DNA of 64,000 bases, from the sequence record MT446421.1; one strand, written 5' to 3'. This stretch comes from Escherichia virus TH55. The notes beneath the pieces are model-generated. The model was not told the origin of the DNA. It searched no databases and worked only from the letters and a program-made list of their open reading frames with translations. Below are positions 47,641 to 56,842 of this stretch, piece after piece (within the stretch, counting starts at the first letter, position 1; each line of letters opens with the position of its first letter). A program made the translations under genes and the position numbers.

Positions 47641-47843
47641 TTCGGTTCACCATATCGCACAAATTTAGGATGTTCGCAATAACCAGAATGAAAACCTTCA
47701 CCCTTATGATTAGAACATCCTTTATTAGAACAGTACCACCAGTAATCAAATTCACATTCCATTTCGTCGTTGCATAAAGCTGCGATTACTGGCCATTCGC
47801 ATTTTTCACATTTGGCCGTTTTAAGAATTCGGGCTTGACTCAT
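47637..47843 (-). CDS. Cys-rich small protein
   Basis: 68 aa with 8 Cys (CEKCEW...CSNKGC...). Confidence 0.45.
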   Translation of the reverse strand: MSQARILKTAKCEKCEWPVIAALCNDEMECEFDYWWYCSNKGCSNHKGEGFHSGYCEHPKFVRYGEPK

Positions 47844-48016
47844 AATTCAATTCCATCCATAACCAAAATTCTTTTTCGTTGGGTCTTGAGAGCTTCGTTA
47901 GCCCGGTCATAATCTTCTTGACTACCGCTAGGCTGTAAAGCCGCTACCTTTTTGGCCAAGTGAATAAGCTTATCCAAGTTTTCAACAATACGTTCTTGTT
48001 CTTCATTCAGGCTCAT
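47840..48016 (-). CDS. small protein (58 aa)
   Basis: Not in ORF track; ATGA overlap with downstream start. Confidence 0.3.
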   Translation of the reverse strand: MSLNEEQERIVENLDKLIHLAKKVAALQPSGSQEDYDRANEALKTQRKRILVMDGIEL

Positions 48017-48467
48017 AATCCACCACTATTAAATCAATATCAGGAGTAAACATGTCGATTAATTTAGAAACCTTTTCCCAATCTCCACCTGCAATACCAC
48101 AACCAATGCGAGGAATGTAAATTACCGGTTTAAACAAAAGGGTTTCTGCTTGTAGATTTAATTCTATCATACAATTTACTAAAGCACCATAATCAAGATT
48201 AGGGCCCGGTTCATATTGAGTGTACAAATTATAACACATACCAAACCCAGTAGGTTTATGTTTAAAAACAATAGACATATCGCCTAATTTATCACGAGAA
48301 CCATATTCAGTGGTGGTTTTATCTATTTCTAAAACTTTTGGATAGGCCTTCGCCAACTGTCCAGCTACACCAGAACCCATTGTGTGGAAGCAGTTACAAC
48401 CATGAGCAATAATATTGCCTTGAAGAAAGAGGGCGACGATATCGCCCTTAATATACTGGGTAATCAT
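48003..48467 (-). CDS. macro-domain-like protein (possible ADP-ribose binding/processing)
   Basis: 154 aa; IAHGCNC...MGSGVAG and IGCGIAGG glycine-rich segments resemble macro-domain motifs; tentative. Confidence 0.5.
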   Translation of the reverse strand: MITQYIKGDIVALFLQGNIIAHGCNCFHTMGSGVAGQLAKAYPKVLEIDKTTTEYGSRDKLGDMSIVFKHKPTGFGMCYNLYTQYEPGPNLDYGALVNCMIELNLQAETLLFKPVIYIPRIGCGIAGGDWEKVSKLIDMFTPDIDLIVVDYEPE

Positions 48468-48823
48468 TTAGAGTTCAATCCTCTATTATATGAATCCACT
48501 AACCTGTCAACCATACTGGTGCAGGCCGCCTTATATTTTGCACTTGAAAGAATGCAATCCATTTCAAATAATTTCTTTTCATATTTGTTGGATAATACAT
48601 TCTTTTTCAAAAGTGTATGTTCAACATCATTTTGGCCATCTTTATATGCCGCGGTGAGCTTGGCGCTGAACTGGATTACACAATCCACATTGCTTGGTGC
48701 GCAATAATCTTTAGCCGTCCTCGTTGCATATTCTATGATGCTGTTGTTGTCATCGCTCTGTACTGAAGCTATTCCTCCCATGCTGAATACTAACCCTATG
48801 GCTAAAGTGATAACTCTTACCAT
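48464..48823 (-). CDS. secreted/periplasmic protein
   Basis: 119 aa; N-terminal signal peptide. Confidence 0.5.
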   Translation of the reverse strand: MVRVITLAIGLVFSMGGIASVQSDDNNSIIEYATRTAKDYCAPSNVDCVIQFSAKLTAAYKDGQNDVEHTLLKKNVLSNKYEKKLFEMDCILSSAKYKAACTSMVDRLVDSYNRGLNSK

Positions 48824-48825
48824 TT

Positions 48826-49368
48826 TTAATCCACCGTTTTTAATAGGCCTCGTGATTTTAAGTAGTTAGCTTTTTCTAGGACCTGTGAAGCATACGTATT
48901 ACCAGCTTTCACATTCCATCCTGCGTTATATGATGATAGTGTTTTCCTTATATCCCCCTTATGAATATTCAACCAGTATGAAAGCTCAATGTAAGCCCAG
49001 CGTGCACTGTTCTCTCTCTTGCTTATCATTTTGATTATTTCTTTATCTGTCATTGTCCACCCAACCTGTTTCACGCGTTCGCGCACGGTTGGAAGATAAT
49101 TTTGGAATATACCATATGCATGATGCTTATCTTTATTTAATCCAGTATTAATCCCAGCAGAACTCTCCTGCCAGGTTAAACCAGCCATGATATATCCCAA
49201 ACCATTATGTTGGTGCGGATTTTCTTTGTACTTACCATTTTTCTGGAACTGTTCTCCAAACGCATAAGCATATTGGAGGTTTTCCATTTGTTCATTACTG
49301 AAAGTAGGCTCTACGCTATGGGCAGACATACTAACTGTCAATAGTAAGGTGGCGATTACTTTTTTCAT
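48826..49368 (-). CDS. lytic transglycosylase-like periplasmic protein (SLT domain)
   Basis: 180 aa; signal peptide; TWQESSAG ... GIFQ catalytic-motif pattern. Confidence 0.6.
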   Translation of the reverse strand: MKKVIATLLLTVSMSAHSVEPTFSNEQMENLQYAYAFGEQFQKNGKYKENPHQHNGLGYIMAGLTWQESSAGINTGLNKDKHHAYGIFQNYLPTVRERVKQVGWTMTDKEIIKMISKRENSARWAYIELSYWLNIHKGDIRKTLSSYNAGWNVKAGNTYASQVLEKANYLKSRGLLKTVD

Positions 49369-49378
49369 GAATTCCCCA

Positions 49379-49837
49379 TTAGATATAAATCACTTTTGTG
49401 CTAATTTTTCCTTCCAGACGATTAGAGTTAACAAACGCCATACGACAACACATGGTCGGAGACTTCCCAGGAATAGCGGGGTTAACTGTCATTCCTAACC
49501 ATAGGTTCTTGTCCGTGATTTCCAGACGAAGTGGACGGTAGTTCACATTCGGGTCAATTTGTGCTTCAACTTCCGGGAGTGGTTTCATCTCCAAGAATTC
49601 AACGATTTCTTTTACATGTGGTGTGATTTTTCCAAACAAGTCAAAAACATATTGTTCATCAATTTCACGCTGGATTGCACGGTCCAACAGGTGTGGACTG
49701 TACTTAATGAAGAATGCCTCAAGGCCTGCTTCTTTACAAGCCTTGTTGATAGCATTATTAATTTTGAGGAACTCCGTTTCAAAAATGCGACGAAGTTTAT
49801 TGCGGCGAATGTAAACACTTGAATCGATAGTAGTCAT
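49379..49837 (-). CDS. regB: endoribonuclease RegB
   Basis: Trimmed to ATG 49835-49837 (AAGGAGA SD), 153 aa; VYIRRNKLRR...HLLDRAIQREIDE matches recalled T4 RegB. Confidence 0.85.
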   Translation of the reverse strand: MTTIDSSVYIRRNKLRRIFETEFLKINNAINKACKEAGLEAFFIKYSPHLLDRAIQREIDEQYVFDLFGKITPHVKEIVEFLEMKPLPEVEAQIDPNVNYRPLRLEITDKNLWLGMTVNPAIPGKSPTMCCRMAFVNSNRLEGKISTKVIYI

Positions 49838-49864
49838 GATTATCTCCTTTTGTTTGATGGGATA

Positions 49865-49893
49865 ATCATAACTCATTTCAATCTGCTTGTACA
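49865..49893 (-). promoter_or_regulatory. early-type promoter upstream of regB
   Basis: -35 TGTACA 49888-49893, 17 bp, -10 TATGAT 49865-49870. Confidence 0.55.
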
Positions 49894-50473
<580 letters not shown>

Positions 50474-50477
<4 letters not shown>

Positions 50478-50692
50478 TTCACTTCCTCATCAGATGCAAT
50501 ATCATATTCTACAAAACGAAGGCCATCATATCCACCCCGAACAGAGATATACGTAGTCGGGTAAACAATTTCTTTACCATTCCATTGGCCACCGTCCCAA
50601 CATTCCATAAAGCCTTGTTCGCCCTGTTCGTGGAACCAGTCAACAAACATCTTCAGAGCTTCTTCAGAACCTTCAATAGTCAATTTAGACAT
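50474..50692 (-). CDS. hypothetical protein
   Basis: 72-aa ORF. Confidence 0.45.
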
Positions 50693-50981
50693 ATTTTTTC
50701 CAGTCAGAAATCATGTGAATCTCCTGGTCATATGCCAGGAGACTGCGAGTAATAATACCCTTACAAGGTCCAGAAATAAATTCCAGAGTAAAGTAAGGAA
50801 CCTGTTTCATTAATCGGATACTTGGAGCATGACATCTAAAACGAGAGCCCTTAAAGGGCCCTGACATGAATACATATTCTAATGGATAGAAATAAGCATA
50901 TTCAAAATTAACGGTAAGGTCCTCTCTTCGGACCTTACGTGAGAAATAGCAAAACTCAAAAAGTTCTTCATCAGTCATCAT
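50685..50981 (-). CDS. hypothetical protein
   Basis: 98-aa ORF. Confidence 0.45.
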   Translation of the reverse strand: MMTDEELFEFCYFSRKVRREDLTVNFEYAYFYPLEYVFMSGPFKGSRFRCHAPSIRLMKQVPYFTLEFISGPCKGIITRSLLAYDQEIHMISDWKKYV

Positions 50982-51505
50982 TGCATTCCTATCACAAAGA
51001 ACAACGGCAAAGGCTTATCACCTTGACACATAAATTTATTCATCATTACCTGATAAGCTTCATAGAACTTATCCATTGCAGGGAGGCGAATAGGTTCTTC
51101 AATAATGATTAAAAGACGCGTAAAACGCAATCCACGGTACTTATGGAAATTATCTTCATCAAGGAAACTGCGTACAGTATCATAGACAACGAATCCAGGT
51201 CGTTCAACTTGAAGATGTGGTTGTGCCTTAGAAACCCGCTTTATTATATTACAGATTTCTCGTGAGCGATGCGAAGAACTCGACATAACAATCACATCAT
51301 TACCTTTAGAAACCCAATCCGCAGCAAACTGCGCAATAGCACTTGTTTTACCTGTTTGTCTTCCACCATCAAGTCTAAGAGTACCAAACTCTTGCATTCT
51401 TGAAGCGGGTTCATACCAGGTGTATTGGTCTGAATCTAAACGTTCAATGGCGCGTTCAGCGAAGGCGTGCATTAAGGTTAGATAAATGGGAGTTAAAAAT
51501 TTCAT
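50978..51505 (-). CDS. P-loop NTPase
   Basis: 175 aa; Walker A GGRQTGKT, Walker B-like LLIIIEE. Confidence 0.55.
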   Translation of the reverse strand: MKFLTPIYLTLMHAFAERAIERLDSDQYTWYEPASRMQEFGTLRLDGGRQTGKTSAIAQFAADWVSKGNDVIVMSSSSHRSREICNIIKRVSKAQPHLQVERPGFVVYDTVRSFLDEDNFHKYRGLRFTRLLIIIEEPIRLPAMDKFYEAYQVMMNKFMCQGDKPLPLFFVIGMQ

Positions 51506-51666
51506 AGTTGTCTCTTAATTGTGGGGCCATTCCTTGGCACATTAATTCGTCCATGTATCCGTATGTAAACCCTTTACCGCACTTGGGCTCGACCTTATTA
51601 CAGGTAGGGAAAGGTCCATCACTCAGAGGACGCGACGTTCATGAGGAGAGGGCCGGCTTGCCTTTA

Positions 51667-51966
51667 TTAGAAAGAACCAGAACCTTTAATTGTGTTCTGG
51701 CGACCTTTATTTTCTAATTCAGAATGGTCGATTTCGTATGCTTGTGCTACACCAAAGGCCTTTTTAACTTTAGCTAAAGAGCCTTTAGATGTGACAATAT
51801 TAAAAGTATTGCCTTTAGTAAAATCAACCAAATCCACTTGTACACCCTGTTTACCGAGGCTTGCTACAATAGCATCAACATATTGTTGGTCTAAATTGCC
51901 CTGGACTCCGATTTGAAATGCTTTGGGAGCTTTGGCTTCAGTAATAAATTCTTGATAAGTTTTCAT
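51667..51966 (-). CDS. internal protein (IP) with capsid-targeting sequence
   Basis: Trimmed to Met of MKTYQEFITEAK, the T4 IP capsid-targeting N-terminus. Confidence 0.6.
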   Translation of the reverse strand: MKTYQEFITEAKAPKAFQIGVQGNLDQQYVDAIVASLGKQGVQVDLVDFTKGNTFNIVTSKGSLAKVKKAFGVAQAYEIDHSELENKGRQNTIKGSGSF

Positions 51967-52014
51967 TTTATATTCCATTGTTTGGTTAATAAAATCATTA
52001 TACAACCTTTTTAG

Positions 52015-52431
52015 TTAAGCGTACACAGCTTTCCCATAGTATTTGTACCAAGCAGGCTTTTGAGAAATTTTCTCATTCAGTCTAGCTTGACTGATTTCAA
52101 TTGACCAGATTGATGGTTGATAATCATTCTTCCATTCATCAGGAATATCAGTTAAATCTTGGGTAGAAATATCTTTTATGTTAAACCCTCGCTTTAAACA
52201 TTCCGCAATAAGTTCTTGATGCCGGTTTTTAAGGAACAAAAGCTTATCATAAAAGAAGGTGACATGACCAGTCCCTAAAAGGAAAGATGATGGGATTTTA
52301 AAGTCAGAAACCTTTTTACCATTTTGTACATGCTTACGAACAGCACCAAACACGCGAGGAAGCTCACGATATTCAGCCATAAGATGTTGGTCAGCGAGTT
52401 CAGATACCAGGGTTAAGTTAATGCGAGTCAT
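52015..52431 (-). CDS. denV: endonuclease V (pyrimidine-dimer glycosylase) DenV
   Basis: 138 aa; N-terminal [35 protein letters not shown] near-identical to recalled T4 endo V. Confidence 0.9.
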   Translation of the reverse strand: MTRINLTLVSELADQHLMAEYRELPRVFGAVRKHVQNGKKVSDFKIPSSFLLGTGHVTFFYDKLLFLKNRHQELIAECLKRGFNIKDISTQDLTDIPDEWKNDYQPSIWSIEISQARLNEKISQKPAWYKYYGKAVYA

Positions 52432-52457
52432 GTTTGTTCTCCGTAGTTGATAGGGTC

Positions 52458-52486
52458 ATTATAACCCTATCATTTGGAGATGTACA
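52458..52486 (-). promoter_or_regulatory. early-type promoter upstream of denV
   Basis: -35 TGTACA 52481-52486, 17 bp, -10 TATAAT 52458-52463 in loop of GATAGGGT/ACCCTATC inverted repeat. Confidence 0.55.
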
Positions 52487-52756
52487 TCATTTCTTAGAGT
52501 ATTGACCCATAAGTTTAGCGATATCACCCAATTTCTGATTAAACAAATAATCCACTTCTTTGCCAGATTTATCTACAATTTGCCACTGACCATTTCCTTT
52601 GTTGCCAAAGGTCCAATCACCGACTTTAAATGAAGTTCCATTAACTTTTTTAATAGAAGTAAACTCAAAGCCTTCTTTCTTAGCTAAAAATGCCATGCGG
52701 CTTTCATCTGATTCATTTAATACAGATTCAGCCAAAAATTCTTGATACGTTTTCAT
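52487..52756 (-). CDS. internal protein (IP) with capsid-targeting sequence
   Basis: 89 aa; N-terminal MKTYQEFLAE capsid-targeting motif. Confidence 0.65.
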   Translation of the reverse strand: MKTYQEFLAESVLNESDESRMAFLAKKEGFEFTSIKKVNGTSFKVGDWTFGNKGNGQWQIVDKSGKEVDYLFNQKLGDIAKLMGQYSKK

Positions 52757-52764
52757 ATTTTACC

Positions 52765-53256
52765 TTATTTGTATGCGTCAAAAGTTCCGGTGCGGAAAGT
52801 TTCAATAACTCGTTTAGCCCGGTTCGGAGTCTGGACTTTATACCATCTTGAGTCTGCCAGTTCCTTGGCAGCCGCTTCCCATGATTTAGCCTTCAGCAAT
52901 CGCATACCCTTAGGAAAACCCGCAACACCAGCAACACCCATCTGGAATACCATATTAATGAGTGCACAACGACGAACTTCATCAAGTACATCATAAACAG
53001 GTTTTAAGACAGGATGTCTCAAGATTCCGGCTTTAGCCTTTTCGACCGAACGGTTAAACAGTGTTTCGGCTTCGTGTTGGGTTATACGACCATTACAGAC
53101 GCGACCCATGAGCTTATCGAGCTCGGCGCGAGCAACATCTTTAGATGGGTTCTTAGTTATCAGTTGCCCGATGCCAATGGTCCAATAGCCTTCAGTATCT
53201 TTATACAAATCCAACTTACAACCTTCATCTATGCGTAACATTTCGAATATATTCAT
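52765..53256 (-). CDS. e: lysozyme (endolysin), T4 e-type
   Basis: 163 aa; near-colinear with recalled T4 lysozyme ([12 protein letters not shown]...catalytic E11/D20/T26). Confidence 0.95.
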   Translation of the reverse strand: MNIFEMLRIDEGCKLDLYKDTEGYWTIGIGQLITKNPSKDVARAELDKLMGRVCNGRITQHEAETLFNRSVEKAKAGILRHPVLKPVYDVLDEVRRCALINMVFQMGVAGVAGFPKGMRLLKAKSWEAAAKELADSRWYKVQTPNRAKRVIETFRTGTFDAYK

Positions 53257-53258
53257 AA

Positions 53259-53278
53259 TACCCCCTTATATAGGGGTA
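53259..53278 (-). promoter_or_regulatory. RBS-sequestering hairpin at lysozyme start
   Basis: Inverted repeat UACCCC/GGGGUA with 8-nt loop; SD AAGGGGG in 3' arm; AATAAATA overlaps 5' arm. Confidence 0.5.
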
Positions 53279-53282
53279 TTTA

Positions 53283-53741
53283 TTATCCGAAAATTTGAGT
53301 CATTACCTTGTACATCGATTTGCCCATCACATACTGCCATTGACTCGGTTTAATCAGAGCAAATGCATCGAACTCTGGAACCGAACTACCATCCGGGAAG
53401 GTATGATAGGCAGAGCATTTACTATGTCTAAACTGCTCATGCTCAACCGGAACCGTGTACAAAAACAGGTGAAGATTTTTGTTATCTGAATAACGGAACT
53501 CACCCAGGTCCTTTAAGAATGCCGGGTCGTATTGGGTAAACCCGGTTTCTTCTTCGGTTTCACGGATAGCCGCTTCAATCGGGGATTCACCAGCTTCAAC
53601 ATGGCCCTTAGGGATGTCCCATTTATGTGCAGGCATACCTGGTTTACGAGAACAAGTCACACGACCCATGAATAACTCTTTATCTTCAGTCATGAAAATA
53701 ATGCCAGCAGATAATTCTTTCACCTTGTTTTTCTTACTCAT
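53283..53741 (-). CDS. nudE: Nudix hydrolase NudE
   Basis: Trimmed to internal ATG; Nudix box GHVEAGESPIEAAIRETEEETG. Confidence 0.8.
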   Translation of the reverse strand: MSKKNKVKELSAGIIFMTEDKELFMGRVTCSRKPGMPAHKWDIPKGHVEAGESPIEAAIRETEEETGFTQYDPAFLKDLGEFRYSDNKNLHLFLYTVPVEHEQFRHSKCSAYHTFPDGSSVPEFDAFALIKPSQWQYVMGKSMYKVMTQIFG

Positions 53742-53970
53742 CGTCACGTTTCCATGATTGGTTAAAAATATCACTCATTAAAAATTCAAGTCTATTTTCC
53801 AATGAAGGGCTTTCACTACTAGAAACTTGAACCATGTAGTCGGAAATAGGTCGGAACATATCCAAGTCAGTTTCTAAATCATCTTTGATTTTCTCTTCTG
53901 ATGTACCTGTATCATAGGAATACAGATAAGAATCACATGACTCTGATTTAATATAAATTGCAATACTCAT
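53734..53970 (-). CDS. hypothetical acidic protein
   Basis: 78-aa ORF. Confidence 0.45.
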   Translation of the reverse strand: MSIAIYIKSESCDSYLYSYDTGTSEEKIKDDLETDLDMFRPISDYMVQVSSSESPSLENRLEFLMSDIFNQSWKRDDE

Positions 53971-54554
53971 TTACGGCATTCCTCAATAAAGGAGTTCAAT
54001 GTATTTTTCTTAGTGATATCGTCATATACCTTTTTAACTTTAGAAATACGAAAAGGTACTTCAATAACCATAGTCCATAAAAATGATGCAATAAGTCCAG
54101 CAAGAGCAGTAGAAAAGCACGCACCCATTACAGCTACGGGTGCTTCATTTTTGCCTGTCAAGAAAAACCACAGGAATGGTAAAAATAAGATTCCAGCCCA
54201 GGCATAAAACCTGGAACAAATTAACTTATCAAATTCATCACTCCAGGTACGAAATCCATATTTCTTGCTATAAGAAATTAATGGGTCGGGTGTCTGTTCT
54301 TTGAGTGGTTCTGGTTGATACCCATTAATGATATATCCCATTTTATATTCCTTAATTAAAAGCTCTTTCACATGACGATTGCATCGCGACCAATCAACAT
54401 TTTCCACCTTGATTCCTTCATCACCATCATCAAGGTTCGCCCAATATTTTTTGGTAATCATAAATTCATCTCTTGATACAATTATACCTGCATTTTCCGA
54501 CCGACGGATGAAGTTTACATCAACACCCATACAACCCGGCTCATAAAGGGCCAT
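53967..54554 (-). CDS. membrane protein, FI-x-EC-K/R tail family
   Basis: 195 aa; TM helices; C-terminus ...NSFIEECRK. Confidence 0.5.
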   Translation of the reverse strand: MALYEPGCMGVDVNFIRRSENAGIIVSRDEFMITKKYWANLDDGDEGIKVENVDWSRCNRHVKELLIKEYKMGYIINGYQPEPLKEQTPDPLISYSKKYGFRTWSDEFDKLICSRFYAWAGILFLPFLWFFLTGKNEAPVAVMGACFSTALAGLIASFLWTMVIEVPFRISKVKKVYDDITKKNTLNSFIEECRK

Positions 54555-55240
54555 TACCAGCCCTCCATAGGGAATTCCAGATATACTTGAGCATTAACGC
54601 GGATTTCATTTGTAATCTTTTTAACACGGTCGGTATTACGAGACACACGACCAAACCAGCGCCAACCGTTACTTACTGCGCGAGAACCTGTATGCCATGT
54701 CTGCCAATCAAACTGGAGCAACGTGCGGTCAGGAGCATCCCACTTGGCTAATTCATTGGACTCAATTTTTTCCAGAACTTCTTTATGCCACTGACGATAG
54801 ATAAGTTCGCCTTCAGGAATCTGACTAAATTGTGCAGTTCCGGTTGCAAAATAAGTAGGACACACATCAGCGTTAACAAGACCAAGAATATGTTCAGAAT
54901 GGTAACGAGGATTATCATAATCAGGTTGCCCTGCAGTAATAAAGTGTTGACCAACCGGAATATCCGGGCGTGGTACATCGTCATGGTGATAACCTGGGAT
55001 AGCAGGATACCAACCAGGCATCAGCATATGAACCCGAGAATCAAATACAACCTGGTCGGTGTTCCAATCATCCGGCAGACTCATAATAAAGCTACGAGTA
55101 ATAGGACCGCCATTGTCAAAAGCGAAAGCCAATGAGCTGTTGAAGAACATAGTTTCGTTTTTGATTTTATCATTAGAAATTTTACCAGCGAAACTGCCTA
55201 CTGCATGAGCTTGAGAATTAAAAGTTTTTGGACCGTTCAT
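54554..55240 (-). CDS. hypothetical protein
   Basis: 228-aa ORF; GAGGA SD; His/Asp-rich, no confident family call. Confidence 0.5.
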   Translation of the reverse strand: MNGPKTFNSQAHAVGSFAGKISNDKIKNETMFFNSSLAFAFDNGGPITRSFIMSLPDDWNTDQVVFDSRVHMLMPGWYPAIPGYHHDDVPRPDIPVGQHFITAGQPDYDNPRYHSEHILGLVNADVCPTYFATGTAQFSQIPEGELIYRQWHKEVLEKIESNELAKWDAPDRTLLQFDWQTWHTGSRAVSNGWRWFGRVSRNTDRVKKITNEIRVNAQVYLEFPMEGW

Positions 55241-55267
55241 AATATTTTCCTCATTGATTGTGGGACC

Positions 55268-55296
55268 ATTGTGTCATAGTCCCACTTGGATGTACA
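55268..55296 (-). promoter_or_regulatory. early-type promoter (weak -10)
   Basis: -35 TGTACA 55291-55296, 17 bp, -10 CACAAT 55268-55273. Confidence 0.35.
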
Positions 55297-55299
55297 CAC

Positions 55300-56280
55300 T
55301 TATTTTTCGAAAGGACGAATTAAATGTTGGTTAGCCTTGAAACGTTTAACATAGTCTTCGTGACCCAGGGTGTTGTACATATTAACCACTTCCTGGTAAT
55401 GTTCCCAGGCATACTCGCGGAACCATCCAGAAGTAATGGAGGTGCAGACTTTTTCCAGCGCAATATGGAAGCTCACGGATGGAGAGATATTGAACTCATT
55501 GGGAACCTGCGAACGCTCCAGAGCGAGTACACATGCTTCTTCATAAACCCCTGCCAGTTTAATAATCTCAGGGAGTGCTTCAAATTTTTCACGCGAGGTC
55601 ATAACTTCTGAATCATCTTTCATATAGAACTTATATGCAGGCTTATCAGCAAGCGCCACGGCCTCGTGGATGGAGTCATGGTCAAGGGTATAGATTGTAT
55701 CATTAAAGAAAGTTTTCTTGCCCACGTCTAGTTTAGGGTGACTATATGACAATGTTTCTGCCTGGCGCTGCAGCATGATTTTATGCAGTTCGTCATTAAG
55801 AACAACCCCCTTATTGCGAAGGTAATTAATATGACTCATGGTCTTCAGGAAGAATGGATTGTTCTTCAGGTAACGATGAGACAATTTAATTGCCAGACAA
55901 ATATCAGGAGTCGCCCAGTAAAAACCAGATAGACGGTCTTTCTGAATATTTGCCTTCGCATATTTGAGTAAACGATAACTGGAGGTAAAATCTTCCTCTT
56001 GTAGCTCATCAGTCAGCTCACGAACACTTGTCAATGCGCGGACGATGTACGCTTCAAAATAGGTTTCTTTACCATTGTGCATACATTTAAAAGCTTGAAC
56101 ATCTGGGTTATCCACATGCACATGTTGTCCCATCATCTGGGTTTTAAAGCTATTCCAGGAGCCCTGGTCAGCGATAAAGTCCCAATCAGAGTTTTCAATT
56201 TTCTGACTTTCAATCAGACCAGCGTTATGTAATGCACGAGAACCAATAACTAACATCATAATATTTTCCTCAAATAACAC
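55300..56280 (-). CDS. hypothetical protein
   Basis: 326-aa ORF. Confidence 0.55.
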   Translation of the reverse strand: MLFEENIMMLVIGSRALHNAGLIESQKIENSDWDFIADQGSWNSFKTQMMGQHVHVDNPDVQAFKCMHNGKETYFEAYIVRALTSVRELTDELQEEDFTSSYRLLKYAKANIQKDRLSGFYWATPDICLAIKLSHRYLKNNPFFLKTMSHINYLRNKGVVLNDELHKIMLQRQAETLSYSHPKLDVGKKTFFNDTIYTLDHDSIHEAVALADKPAYKFYMKDDSEVMTSREKFEALPEIIKLAGVYEEACVLALERSQVPNEFNISPSVSFHIALEKVCTSITSGWFREYAWEHYQEVVNMYNTLGHEDYVKRFKANQHLIRPFEK

Positions 56281-56511
56281 TTAAATTTCAGCAGCAGAGA
56301 TATTAGATTCATCTATCATCTCAGAGGCGGACCCCTTAACGATAGGAACCAATTTGCCATAGAGGTCTTCATTATAAGGGTCGTTGATACAGTGTGCATC
56401 TTCAAAACGAACACCGTAATCAGACTTCTTATAAACGAGACCGTAAATCTTTGTAAACTTAGCACGACTAATTTTTACAGGCTCATCAGTCATTGGGGCG
56501 TAATACCACAT
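56281..56511 (-). CDS. hypothetical protein
   Basis: 76-aa ORF with own promoter motif. Confidence 0.45.
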   Translation of the reverse strand: MWYYAPMTDEPVKISRAKFTKIYGLVYKKSDYGVRFEDAHCINDPYNEDLYGKLVPIVKGSASEMIDESNISAAEI

Positions 56512-56539
56512 AATGTTTTCCTCATTAGTTGACGAAATA

Positions 56540-56568
56540 ATGATACTACATTTCTTTAGGCTTGTACA
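56540..56568 (-). promoter_or_regulatory. early-type promoter
   Basis: -35 TGTACA 56563-56568, 17 bp, -10 TATCAT 56540-56545. Confidence 0.55.
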
Positions 56569-56614
56569 CTAAATTTCTGCACATAAGTCCTCCTATCACA
56601 TCCTTGTGATTAAA

Positions 56615-56842
56615 TTATTTTCCTAACGAAATACGAGTAGGTTTTTTACCGAAATATTCTTCATAGGAACCATCTAAACGACCTGCTTTAGACCGACAGT
56701 ATGAATCATACTTTTTGTAATAAGTCAACTCTGTATTGTAACGTGGATGTCTATCAGCCATAATAATACTTAACGGCCAGCCTTTAGCATAATCGATAAG
56801 ACCATTTATTTTACGAATATATCTTTTCTTTAATTTTAGCAT
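56615..56842 (-). CDS. hypothetical basic protein
   Basis: 75-aa ORF. Confidence 0.45.
   Translation of the reverse strand: MLKLKKRYIRKINGLIDYAKGWPLSIIMADRHPRYNTELTYYKKYDSYCRSKAGRLDGSYEEYFGKKPTRISLGK

Noticed and set aside
51508-51717. 69-aa plus-strand ORF
   Set aside because: Spans a GC-rich intergenic segment and overlaps the IP gene end; no SD; composition artefact.
54554-55240. 2OG-Fe(II) oxygenase call for the 228-aa protein
   Set aside because: Only scattered His/Asp and an R-x-S; the HxD...H spacing cannot be verified without alignment.
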